Virus record (IMG/VR): IMGVR_UViG_3300037245_002806 | Coordinates: 35,906 to 99,905 of that record | DNA: 64,000 bases | Reading direction: 5' to 3' (one strand) | Source: a virus | Shown here: positions 8,674 to 16,432 of the stretch, piece after piece | How positions within the stretch are numbered: the first letter of the stretch is position 1 | How the letters are laid out: the number at the start of each line of letters is the position of its first letter | Position numbers and translations under genes: made by a program | The notes under the pieces: model-generated | Database searches by the model: none | The model's input: the letters and a program-made list of their open reading frames with translations, nothing else | Told to the model about the DNA's origin: nothing

Positions 8674-8738
8674 TAAACCCTTGTTTTACCTTGCTTTAAT
8701 TGGATAGATATATGCGCCTTATTGGCACGAAGCGTGCA
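8674..8738 (+). promoter_or_regulatory. sigma54-like promoter with upstream IHF-like site
   Basis: TGGCACGAAGCGTGCA at 8723-8738 (1 mismatch to TGGCACG-N4-TTGCW); TAAACCCTTGTTT at 8674-8686 (1 mismatch to IHF consensus YAANNNNTTGATW). Confidence 0.6.
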
Positions 8739-8750
8739 TATATAAGAGGT

Positions 8751-8888
8751 ATGATGACAAAAACAGCAAAAAGCAACGGGGAAGCAAAAGCGGCCTCGAC
8801 GGTTTTTGCGCCCACCGGGGATAACGCTACCGAGCCCAAAGGGCCGGTGGTAGGTAACCCGGTGGAGCTTTCGGGGGGATCAAAATGA
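8751..8888 (+). CDS. microprotein (45 aa)
   Basis: Starts near the predicted sigma54 +1; ATGA-coupled to next ORF. Confidence 0.45.
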   Translation: MMTKTAKSNGEAKAASTVFAPTGDNATEPKGPVVGNPVELSGGSK

Positions 8889-8992
8889 CTTTCGCAATTA
8901 TCGCCTTTATCGCAATCGGTGTTATCTGGCTTAACTGCGCCTTCCCCGTGACCCCTTTTGGTCGCCTGGTTCTAACCCTTATCGGAAAATAG
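8885..8992 (+). CDS. hydrophobic membrane micropeptide (35 aa), absent from ORF track
   Basis: MTFAIIAFIAIGVIWLNCAFPVTPFGRLVLTLIGK; GGGGGGA SD; ATGA overlap. Confidence 0.5.
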   Translation: MTFAIIAFIAIGVIWLNCAFPVTPFGRLVLTLIGK

Positions 8993-9001
8993 GAGCAAAC
9001 C

Positions 9002-9112
9002 ATGGAAATTCCAGCGTACTACCCTTTCGGCGAGCCCGAGACCGTTCCGGATTTATGCTACAACTGCGATCGCCCGATGGATGACCACCACCCCGATTGC
9101 CCGGACGCCTAA
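9002..9112 (+). CDS. Zn-binding microprotein (36 aa), absent from ORF track
   Basis: AGGAG SD; CYNC...HHPDC. Confidence 0.55.
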   Translation: MEIPAYYPFGEPETVPDLCYNCDRPMDDHHPDCPDA

Positions 9113-9124
9113 ACCCTACCCCTC

Positions 9125-9153
9125 GGGGGGCGAAAGCCCCCCACCTTCCTTTT
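9125..9153 (+). terminator. intrinsic terminator-like hairpin
   Basis: GGGGGGC-GAAA-GCCCCCC then pyrimidine/T tract. Confidence 0.6.
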
Positions 9154-9170
9154 GCCCGATCTGACCCTTC

Positions 9171-9510
9171 CCTCTGCGAACGTCGCCTGATTAGGGGTGT
9201 TCGACTTCGCACACCTGGCCGGCGTTTCGAGGTGCTCCCTCTGCGAGCCGATCCGGTGCCCGCCTCTGCGAGCGATCCGGGGTGGCCCCTCTGCGAGCAA
9301 AAATGGGGTGTTCGACTTCGCACACCTGGCCGACATTTCACGTGGTCCCCTCTGCGAGCGTTTCGAGGTGGTCCCTCTGCGAGCCGATCCGGGGTGTTCG
9401 ACTTCGCACACTATCTACGTCGATCCGGCGGTGCTCCTCTGCGAGCGTTTTAGGGGTGTCCGTCTTCGCACACCTGGCCGGCGTTTTAGGGGTGTTCGAC
9501 TTCGCACACC
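9171..9510. repeat. non-coding two-motif repeat array
   Basis: Motif A GGGGTGTTCGACTTCGCACACC at 9194, 9305, 9391, 9453 (degenerate), 9489; motif B CCTCTGCGAG at 9171 (variant), 9238, 9263, 9288, 9349, 9374, 9436. Confidence 0.9.
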
Positions 9511-9542
9511 TCAACCTACCACATAATAAATGTATTTTATGC

Positions 9543-9577
9543 TTGCCTTATCTACGGGGTTTTGGTACTATATACGT
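9543..9577 (+). promoter_or_regulatory. sigma70-type early promoter (leaderless type, opens 7-aa uORF MEVGENG)
   Basis: TTGCCT-17nt-TACTAT-6nt-ATG (9578). Confidence 0.7.
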
Positions 9578-9593
9578 ATGGAGGTTGGAGAAA

Positions 9594-9770
9594 ATGGTTA
9601 AAGTTTTTCTCTGTTGGTTCGAAAACGGCCAATTCGCCGAGTGTAGGGCGCGAAGTGCCGAATCCGCCAAATCGTTTGTAAACTCCTATTACAAGCGCCC
9701 GGTGGTAAGCGTCGAGTTGACCACCGAATACCCTGCGGCGCTCCATGAGGCGCTCTGGAGTGCGGTTTAG
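9594..9770 (+). CDS. hypothetical protein (58 aa, MVKVFLCWF...)
   Basis: GGAG SD; the upstream extension in the ORF track runs through the repeat array and is likely spurious. Confidence 0.6.
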   Translation: MVKVFLCWFENGQFAECRARSAESAKSFVNSYYKRPVVSVELTTEYPAALHEALWSAV

Positions 9771-10309
9771 TGCGCATCCAATGCTTTTACTGCCAAGGAA
9801 GTGGAACCACCGCCCTCAATGCCTCGGGGATCTGCCACCGGTGCGATGGGATTGGTACCTTGGACGGTGAGCACCCGGTGGCCTACGCCTACCTTTTTGC
9901 GAAGGATTGCCACGCCGGGCAAACGGATGACGACGGAAAGGATTACCTCGAAGCCCACTGCCGCCACGTCTTCGAGATTGTCCGCGCCGCGGCCCCTGAG
10001 GATACCGCGCTCCATGCCGCTGCTTTCCTGCACGATGTGATCGAGGATACCGAGCACGACTATAGCGAGATCCATGCCGAATTCGGCCAGGACGTCGCCG
10101 ATTTGGTGCACGAAGTAACGCATGAGGGCCAGAAGGATTCCAAAGGGTTCTACTTTCCGCGGCTGCGGACCCCCAGAGGGATCCAGCTAAAATTCGCCGA
10201 TAGGCTCTCGAATCTATCCCGTATGGAGCCGTGGAGCGAAAGGCGGGTCAACCACTACTTGCACAACTCTCGTTTCTGGCGTACCGGGAACGAAAAGAGG
10301 TTTCGATAA
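9770..10309 (+). CDS. RelA/SpoT-type HD-domain hydrolase (Mesh1/small alarmone hydrolase-like) with N-terminal Zn finger
   Basis: H.GQ...GKDY..H, AAFLHDVIEDT, FG.DVA.LV.EVT, KFADRLSNL; CFYCQGSG/CHRCDGIG. Confidence 0.85.
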   Translation: MRIQCFYCQGSGTTALNASGICHRCDGIGTLDGEHPVAYAYLFAKDCHAGQTDDDGKDYLEAHCRHVFEIVRAAAPEDTALHAAAFLHDVIEDTEHDYSEIHAEFGQDVADLVHEVTHEGQKDSKGFYFPRLRTPRGIQLKFADRLSNLSRMEPWSERRVNHYLHNSRFWRTGNEKRFR

Positions 10310-11073
10310 TGCCGACACTGACGATTGATCCTAACCTACGCGGTATCCTTGCCAATATGGTCTGGCGAGAAAATGCCGCTAAGATCGTGGCGAAGCTCGA
10401 CCGCCCCACCTACGTAAAGATCAACAAGATTTTAGAGTGCCTCGGGGGAAAATGGGATCGGTCGCTCCAAGCGCACATTTTCGAAGGGGAAGCCCGCGAA
10501 GCGGTGGAGGATGCCGCCGAGACCGGCACATACATTGACTGGAAGCGGCAAAACGAATTCTTTGAAACCCCCGAGCCCCTTGCCTGCCGTATGCTCGACC
10601 TTGCCGACGTCGCCCCCAATTTTACCGTTCTGGAGCCCTCCGCGGGGAAAGGCGCCATCGTAAAGCCGGCACTGCAATTCGGCGCCACGGTGCTCGCTGT
10701 CGAGCAATTCGAGCCCTATGCCAAAGTGATCGCCGGCTTGGCTCCGGACGGTTTCGACAGGCTCAAGGTGGCGGTGCTCGATTTCCTTGCCTTTAAACCT
10801 ACTCCGGTTTTCGATGCCGTGGTAATGAACCCGCCTTTTAAAACCGACGTCTACCACGTCGCCTATGCTGCCCGCTTTCTTCGCCCCGGCGGAAAGCTGG
10901 TCTCGGTGATGGGGCCAGGTTGGACGTTTCGAACCGCGGCGATCTCCGAACGTTTCCGATATTGGGTTACCACCATGGGCGCAAAATGGGAAAAGCTGCC
11001 AGAGAAGTCTTTTTCCTCGTCCGGTACCTATGTCCATTCCGGGTTGCTTACGATGCAAAGGGCCGACCCGTGA
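10309..11073 (+). CDS. SAM-dependent amino-methyltransferase (putative DNA N6-adenine MTase)
   Basis: FFETP, VLEPSAGKG (motif I), VVMNPPF (motif IV); TAATG coupling. Confidence 0.85.
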   Translation: MPTLTIDPNLRGILANMVWRENAAKIVAKLDRPTYVKINKILECLGGKWDRSLQAHIFEGEAREAVEDAAETGTYIDWKRQNEFFETPEPLACRMLDLADVAPNFTVLEPSAGKGAIVKPALQFGATVLAVEQFEPYAKVIAGLAPDGFDRLKVAVLDFLAFKPTPVFDAVVMNPPFKTDVYHVAYAARFLRPGGKLVSVMGPGWTFRTAAISERFRYWVTTMGAKWEKLPEKSFSSSGTYVHSGLLTMQRADP

Positions 11074-11138
11074 CCGAATACCGAAAGCGGGATCGCTTCG
11101 CGCTCGAAGGCCGGGAACTGTTTTTCAGGGAGGAAAAT

Positions 11139-11513
11139 GTGAAAAACGAAAGCGAGATCAAGTGCTCGAAACATTGTGGCCGCGGCTGCACCCGGAAAGA
11201 ATACGAAACCGCGGAGAAAGGCGCCCTCAAACTCGCCCGCCGGCTTGGCAAAGGGTGGAAACCCGACGTTTGGGAAAATCTCGGCTGGCACTATGCCGCC
11301 CGCCGCGGTGGAGTGCGAGTGCACCCACATCCTACCGGCCCGCCCGGTTTTACCGCTTACCTTAATTACCAAAAGAGCCCCGGTGGTCGGTGGGTTGCCT
11401 CTGCGAGCACCCCCCAGAAGGCCATTACCGAAGCTCTGGCGATTGCGAGAATGGAGCGAGACGAAATCGCCAAGGCCGTTCGAAAAATCGAGCAATATTT
11501 AGAGGAAGATTAA
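11139..11513 (+). CDS. hypothetical protein
   Basis: GTG after GGGAGGA SD (alternative GTG at 11070); CSKHCGRGC. Confidence 0.6.
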   Translation: MKNESEIKCSKHCGRGCTRKEYETAEKGALKLARRLGKGWKPDVWENLGWHYAARRGGVRVHPHPTGPPGFTAYLNYQKSPGGRWVASASTPQKAITEALAIARMERDEIAKAVRKIEQYLEED

Positions 11514-11866
11514 TGCCCTACCCTAAAATCCGCGATCCCGAGATCACTATCCCGATCCCCTGCAAGCGTCATCGGGAATATGGGGGAAAGAAAGCCCCGA
11601 CGAGCGGTTGCACTATCTGCGAGATCTTCTACCTGGAGCGCCGTACCGCCATGGCCGAAGTAAAGGCCGCGCTCCGGTTGCTCGACCGATATGGGGCCGT
11701 CGATTGGTACGAAGGCGGGTACCCAACGCCGGGCCTCTCGGATATGCGGATAAAAACCCCGCCGTGGATGTCACACGGGCGGACCCTGGTAAGCAATAGC
11801 GGCCACCGGGAACGGCAAAACGACGGGTGTTTGCTGTACGAACGGTTGCGCCGGCATCCGAGGTAA
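11513..11866 (+). CDS. hypothetical Zn-binding protein
   Basis: TAATG coupling; CKRH...CTIC. Confidence 0.55.
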   Translation: MPYPKIRDPEITIPIPCKRHREYGGKKAPTSGCTICEIFYLERRTAMAEVKAALRLLDRYGAVDWYEGGYPTPGLSDMRIKTPPWMSHGRTLVSNSGHRERQNDGCLLYERLRRHPR

Positions 11867-11868
11867 CT

Positions 11869-11884
11869 CTATATCACCCCCCGC
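11869..11884 (-). promoter_or_regulatory. putative late-promoter motif (variant), facing antisense into early genes
   Basis: GCGGGGGGTGATATAG, 15/16 match to consensus GCGGGTGGTGATATAG. Confidence 0.5.
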
Positions 11885-11902
11885 TTACGAAAGGTTGCGG
11901 CG

Positions 11903-12049
11903 ATGCAAAAGCAAAAATGTAAACGGTGCGATCGCGTCTTTTGGACGAGGGGGAAAGCCCTCTGCAAGCGATGCCTGCGGATTTTAGAAAGGCCGTTAAC
12001 GCCGAATGGCAAGGATCTGATGGTAAATTGGAATCGCGGAATCTTCTAG
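11903..12049 (+). CDS. Zn-finger microprotein (48 aa), absent from ORF track
   Basis: AAAGGT SD; CKRC...CKRC; stop overlaps the convergent gene stop in CTAG. Confidence 0.5.
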   Translation: MQKQKCKRCDRVFWTRGKALCKRCLRILERPLTPNGKDLMVNWNRGIF

Positions 12050-12711
12050 GGTTCCGTCGTTTGGCTCGCTTCCACCTCGACCTCGGCCCACTCGATCAAG
12101 ATGTTGCCCGCGTCTGTAATCGCCGTATATTTTACGGTGTGCACGTTGACTTGGGTACCGTCGTTTAAGGTTTTGGCTTGCCCCGTTACCACATCGGAAC
12201 CCACGACCGCCGTGCCCGACGTAAAAAGGATCAACGTGGTGTCCGCGCCGGCGAACTTCTCGACGGCCTCGACCGTCCCGCTGCTTACCGCTTCCCCTGT
12301 AGCCAAAACGTCGGTAAAATCCACCCCCACCGGGAAGGTCTCTTGCTCTTTCTTCGTAACGTAAAGCACCGGTGTTCGTTCCGTTACCACGCTTAGGAAG
12401 ATTTCGATCTCGAATTTCGTGCCCCCGTCGGTGATGATCTCGAATTCGACGAGATACTCCCCCACCGTTGTGCCGCCAGGATCGGCGATCACCCGCGCCG
12501 CTACTAGATTGTTTGGGGCATCTATCGTTTTTTCGACCACTACCCCGAAAAGTGCATCTGTGCTGTAGACAATCGGGGAAACCCCCCGCTCGATCGCCTG
12601 CACATTAAACGCGGTGATCGTCTCGCCGGCAGGAATGGCAAACGGAATCGCCGTTTCGAGCCAGAACTTTTCGCCCGTTGCTTTGGTAACCGGTCCTTTT
12701 GATTCTCTCAT
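12046..12711 (-). CDS. virion fibre-adaptor-like protein, two tandem Ig-like domains
   Basis: Internal duplication TK...E.F....F..(P/L).GE.(I/V)......A(I/V)E ... IT(D).G...(E/I); last gene of late operon. Confidence 0.65.
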   Translation of the reverse strand: MRESKGPVTKATGEKFWLETAIPFAIPAGETITAFNVQAIERGVSPIVYSTDALFGVVVEKTIDAPNNLVAARVIADPGGTTVGEYLVEFEIITDGGTKFEIEIFLSVVTERTPVLYVTKKEQETFPVGVDFTDVLATGEAVSSGTVEAVEKFAGADTTLILFTSGTAVVGSDVVTGQAKTLNDGTQVNVHTVKYTAITDAGNILIEWAEVEVEASQTTEP

Positions 12712-14621
12712 TTCCTACCAGCTTTCCCGGTGGTCCGGAGCACAAAGGAAGCCCTTTTCCTTTTCGGTGCGTTTGCTGTGATCCTGGTAAGCTCCCAGGT
12801 TTCCCGCGATGGCCCCCCAGGATTAAAATCCCACCAAGTGAAAGCCCCTGGTTCCCCGATGGCCGTTGGCGCCGCCAAGGCGTTTGGCGAAATCGTGATC
12901 GCCCCGATGGAAACCGCCGGCTGGCCAATGGCCGTTGGCGCCTCTAACAAAACAGGATCTATTCCGTACCCTCCGCCCGGCTGCCCAATGGCCGTTGGGG
13001 CTGCGAGAGCGTTAGGCTCAATGGTCATCGAGCTAACACCAACCCCAGGGGCCGGTATTGCCGTGGGAGCCTCTAAGGCGCTCGGTGAGAGCGTTACACT
13101 ACCAACGGTAATCGCGGGTTGCCCAATAGCGGTTGGTGCCTCCAAAGCATCCGGGGAAATGGTGATCGCGCCAACGGTAACCGCGGGTTGCCCAATAGCG
13201 GTTGGTGCCGCCAAGGCGTTTGGCGCGATCGTCGCCGCGCCGGTGGTAACCGTAGGTTGCCCGATGGCCGTTGGCGCTTCCAAGGGATCCGGCGAAATCG
13301 TAGCCCCGCCGGCGGTAATCGCGGGTTGCCCAATTGCCGTCGGCGCTTCCAAAGCGTCCGGGGAAACGGTAACCGGGCCGGTGGTAACCGCGGGTTGCCC
13401 AATAGCGGTTGGTGCCTCCAAGGCGTTTGGCGCAATCGTAGCCCCGCCGGCGGTAACCGTGGGTTGCCCGATGGCCGTTGGCGCTTCCAAGGCGTTTGGC
13501 GCGATCGTAACGGCGCCGGCGGTAACCGTCGGCTGCCCGATTGCCGTTGGCGCTTCCAAGGCGTTTGGCGCGATCGTAACGGCGCCGGCGTCAACCGTAG
13601 GTTGCCCGATGGCCGTTGGCGCCGCCAAAGCATTCGGGGAAATGGTAACCGGGCCGGTGGTAACCGTCGGCTGTCCAATTGCCGTTGGTGCCGCCAAGGC
13701 GTCGGGGGAAATGGTGATCGAGGTGGTAACCGCCGGCTGCCCGATAGCCGTTGGCGCCGCCAAGGGATCCGGGATCGCGCCAACCGGGCCGACTGCGATC
13801 AATGGTTCCCCGATAGCGGTGGGCGCCGCCAAGGCGCTTGGCGCAATCGTAACCGGGCCGGTGGTAACCGTAGGTTGCCCAATTGCCGTCGGCGCTTCCA
13901 AAGCATTCGGGGAAATGGTTTGATCGCCCGGCCCTGCTGGCGTTAGCCTCCCGCTTACATCGTCGGTACAAATGCCTTTTGGATTTGTTTCGACGCCACC
14001 TATCCCCTGGCTTGTTTTTATGGTGGATTCGAACTGCCCGGACTGTAGATAGAGCTTATCAAACGATTCACCGATCCAAGGGGTGTTTGTTCCATCCCAA
14101 GAAATATCTCTGGGATTGGCATCGACGGTAATTACGACTAGGCTTGTTTTTAAAGTTGTGGAAAATTGACCACTTTGGAGATAAAGTTTTTTGGCCTGGT
14201 TCCCCGTCCAGGGAGAATTTGTGCCGTCGAAAGATATGCCTTGCAGAACATTATCCACACCGCCAACGGCCAGGCTCGTTTTTACTGTTGCGGTGATTTG
14301 GCCGCTTTGGACGTAAAGTTTATCTCCGGTATCCGCGCACCAAGGCGTGTTTTCCCCATCCCAAGAAATGCCGGTTGGGCTAAAACCAACTCGGGCAAAG
14401 CTGGTTTTTACAACGGAACTAAACTGGCCACTCTGTAGAAAGAGCTTTTCGAACCAATTCCCGCACCATGGCGTATCTGTCCCGTCGTAAGATATGCCGC
14501 TCGACCAACCGTCTTTGGTGTTAATCGACTGGCTGGTTTTTAAGGTGGAGGTAAACTGACCGGACGTTAGATAGAGCTTGTCGCCCTGTGTGCCTACCCA
14601 AGGTGTTGCCGTCGTCGCCAT
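12708..14621 (-). CDS. repeat-rich fibre/decoration protein
   Basis: Five ~44-aa TPW.G...KLYLQSGQF...KTS...GISWDG repeats, then 16 copies of a ~23-aa TI.PNAL.APTAIGQP.VT.G unit. Confidence 0.85.
   Translation of the reverse strand: MATTATPWVGTQGDKLYLTSGQFTSTLKTSQSINTKDGWSSGISYDGTDTPWCGNWFEKLFLQSGQFSSVVKTSFARVGFSPTGISWDGENTPWCADTGDKLYVQSGQITATVKTSLAVGGVDNVLQGISFDGTNSPWTGNQAKKLYLQSGQFSTTLKTSLVVITVDANPRDISWDGTNTPWIGESFDKLYLQSGQFESTIKTSQGIGGVETNPKGICTDDVSGRLTPAGPGDQTISPNALEAPTAIGQPTVTTGPVTIAPSALAAPTAIGEPLIAVGPVGAIPDPLAAPTAIGQPAVTTSITISPDALAAPTAIGQPTVTTGPVTISPNALAAPTAIGQPTVDAGAVTIAPNALEAPTAIGQPTVTAGAVTIAPNALEAPTAIGQPTVTAGGATIAPNALEAPTAIGQPAVTTGPVTVSPDALEAPTAIGQPAITAGGATISPDPLEAPTAIGQPTVTTGAATIAPNALAAPTAIGQPAVTVGAITISPDALEAPTAIGQPAITVGSVTLSPSALEAPTAIPAPGVGVSSMTIEPNALAAPTAIGQPGGGYGIDPVLLEAPTAIGQPAVSIGAITISPNALAAPTAIGEPGAFTWWDFNPGGPSRETWELTRITANAPKRKRASFVLRTTGKAGRK
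12850..13920 (-). repeat. coding tandem repeat, ~69-bp unit x16
   Basis: APTAI occurs 16 times in the translation. Confidence 0.9.
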
Positions 14622-15296
14622 TTAACAAAGCCCTTTTATGGCCCTCGCCACTTCGTTTAACTCGATCTCGCTAAAATGGTTGCAGGGGTAATCAAAATGC
14701 GCCCACACCTCGAAGCCGCAATCCCGCGCCCGTTCGCAAAAAGAGATATCGTTTCCCCGATCAACCGTACCGTTTGGGTTTAGCTTCCTGGTAAAGGCGC
14801 CGTTCTGCATATTCGGGTCTTCGAAAACTCGCCGCGCAATCAAAAAGCACCCCGTCCCGATGGCGTCCACCTTCTGTAACCCGTCGCGCTCCTGCCATTC
14901 GTTGTAACCCTCCGAACCGTCGCCGTGGATTTTGTAAACGTTCCAATAGATCGGGCGCTCGCCAGGCTTGCCGGTGTAGTGCCAGATCGGAGTAGGCAAC
15001 CCGATAATATCTTTGTCGAACGCCACAAGATCAAGCGGATTTTCTAAGGGTGGATTGTCCGCGTCCATCGAAAGCCAATAATCGTATCCACCTTTTAGGA
15101 AATCTTTAACGATGTGGTGCAAGTTGTTTTCGTAAGGCTTGTTGCTTGGCCATTCGATTTTAACCTTGTACCTTTTGTCCATAGCCAAAAGGAGTAAGCA
15201 CCGGGCTACGGTCTTGTGGATCCAGTGTAAACAAGGAACCGTTATTAGGATGCTTTTTTTATTGTCACGTCCAGAATCTTTTTTGCGTCCCGCCAT
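14622..15296 (-). CDS. GT-A (GT2-like) glycosyltransferase
   Basis: DYWLSMDAD (DxD), DAIGTGCFLI.RRVF, GNDISFCERA...GFEVWAH. Confidence 0.8.
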   Translation of the reverse strand: MAGRKKDSGRDNKKSILITVPCLHWIHKTVARCLLLLAMDKRYKVKIEWPSNKPYENNLHHIVKDFLKGGYDYWLSMDADNPPLENPLDLVAFDKDIIGLPTPIWHYTGKPGERPIYWNVYKIHGDGSEGYNEWQERDGLQKVDAIGTGCFLIARRVFEDPNMQNGAFTRKLNPNGTVDRGNDISFCERARDCGFEVWAHFDYPCNHFSEIELNEVARAIKGLC

Positions 15297-15769
15297 TTTT
15301 TCATCTTATTTTTTACGACACCCGGCGTGGGATCGTCCGCGTCGAGCGCCTTGGCCAATTGGACTTCTGTGCCACCGTAGGCAATGCCCATCTCTCTTTT
15401 CAGATCTCGTTCTTCTCGGAGCCCCCGAAGCTCGGTATCGTTCCGGTCGTAATCTGGCATGTGTGCGTGTGCCCGATCGTCCCAAAACTCCTCTAGCTCA
15501 TCCTCGGTAAGCACTGTAATGAGCGTCGGGAAGGTGGCCAACGCTTCGATGGAAAACGCTTCCGTTACCAATAGTACGCCCCACTGCATCCCCATTGGAC
15601 TGTCGGCGCTTGATTCTTGGTGGCCGCTGGTCTTGTCGTATTTCCACCCGCCCGGCATTGCCGCCGCCGCCGTTTCTTTATCGTAGGATGGCAATAACTC
15701 CCATCGAGGGTGATCGGCGTGCCCGTTTGGCCTAAGCCCGATTTTTACTTTGATCGGTACTAATTCCAT
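15245..15769 (-). CDS. hypothetical protein
   Basis: GAGGAG SD; within late operon. Confidence 0.75.
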   Translation of the reverse strand: MELVPIKVKIGLRPNGHADHPRWELLPSYDKETAAAAMPGGWKYDKTSGHQESSADSPMGMQWGVLLVTEAFSIEALATFPTLITVLTEDELEEFWDDRAHAHMPDYDRNDTELRGLREERDLKREMGIAYGGTEVQLAKALDADDPTPGVVKNKMKKWRDAKKILDVTIKKAS

Positions 15770-15778
15770 GGTGTCTCC

Positions 15779-16135
15779 TCACGGGATATCCCGGTCGAAC
15801 CCCCAATATTGATATTCTCGCCGAAGCTCTTCCTGCACGCCCGGCACCGTTGCCGTATAGAGTGCATCGAGCCGATCCCGATCTTCCATTACCGTTGCGC
15901 CCGCTTTGCGCCGGTACGGCTTTACAATCTCCACTAACTCTCCCGCGTCGAGTCGTGTTTGTTCGCCCGCGTCAATCCACGGCACCTTGCTTTCTTGGTT
16001 GCGGGCTGGATCTTGTTGTATGGCGGTGCGTATTTTAACGCCCGCTCGATTCGTTTCGTCTAGCACTGGAACATGAAACGCAATCCTGTAAGTGCGTCCA
16101 TCGCCTAAGCCGTTTAGCACGTGATAGTCGGACAT
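15779..16135 (-). CDS. hypothetical protein (118 aa, MSDYHVL...)
   Basis: GAGGG SD before ATG 16135. Confidence 0.7.
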   Translation of the reverse strand: MSDYHVLNGLGDGRTYRIAFHVPVLDETNRAGVKIRTAIQQDPARNQESKVPWIDAGEQTRLDAGELVEIVKPYRRKAGATVMEDRDRLDALYTATVPGVQEELRREYQYWGFDRDIP

Positions 16136-16143
16136 CTTTCCCT

Positions 16144-16395
16144 CTACTGCCGGCTGGCAGCGATCGCCCGCACAGCACAAGGCCGGATAACCTGTGTCGG
16201 TGGTTTCTTGTGGTTATCCTTGGCTCTCAAAGTTAAAACGTTCATGGCCGCCCGGCACCGTTTCGCCGCCTGCTCTTGCACGGTTTTAAAACGCTTGTGG
16301 GATGCCTGCACTTCCTCGGTCGCCTGCTCACCGTAGATTTTTTCCAACTCTTCGAGCGTGTAATCCCTCCCCGAAGGGATAATTAAATTCGACAT
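16144..16395 (-). CDS. hypothetical protein
   Basis: AGGGGGG SD; follows late-promoter motif. Confidence 0.6.
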   Translation of the reverse strand: MSNLIIPSGRDYTLEELEKIYGEQATEEVQASHKRFKTVQEQAAKRCRAAMNVLTLRAKDNHKKPPTQVIRPCAVRAIAASRQ

Positions 16396-16413
16396 GGGCC
16401 GTCGCCCCCCTTT

Positions 16414-16429
16414 CTATATCACCACCCGC
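16414..16429 (-). promoter_or_regulatory. putative late-promoter motif
   Basis: GCGGGTGGTGATATAG, intergenic. Confidence 0.7.
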
Positions 16430-16432
16430 CTT

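Noticed and set aside
9194-9215. tRNA (GTTCGA T-loop-like sequence in motif A)
   Set aside because: No cloverleaf, D-arm or anticodon arm around any copy; no tRNA or rRNA was recognised anywhere in the window
9171-9510. CRISPR array
   Set aside because: Intervening sequences are built from a second repeat and vary in length by 25-bp steps rather than being unique, similar-length spacers; no cas genes in the window
8979-9526. ORFs across the repeat array (8979-9341, 9097-9453, 9109-9411, 9197-9526)
   Set aside because: Open frames arise from stop-free GC-rich repeats; no RBS; Arg/Pro-rich low-complexity translations
12730-13946. Alternative-frame and antisense ORFs in the 69-bp repeat
   Set aside because: Consequence of the tandem repeat lacking stops in other frames
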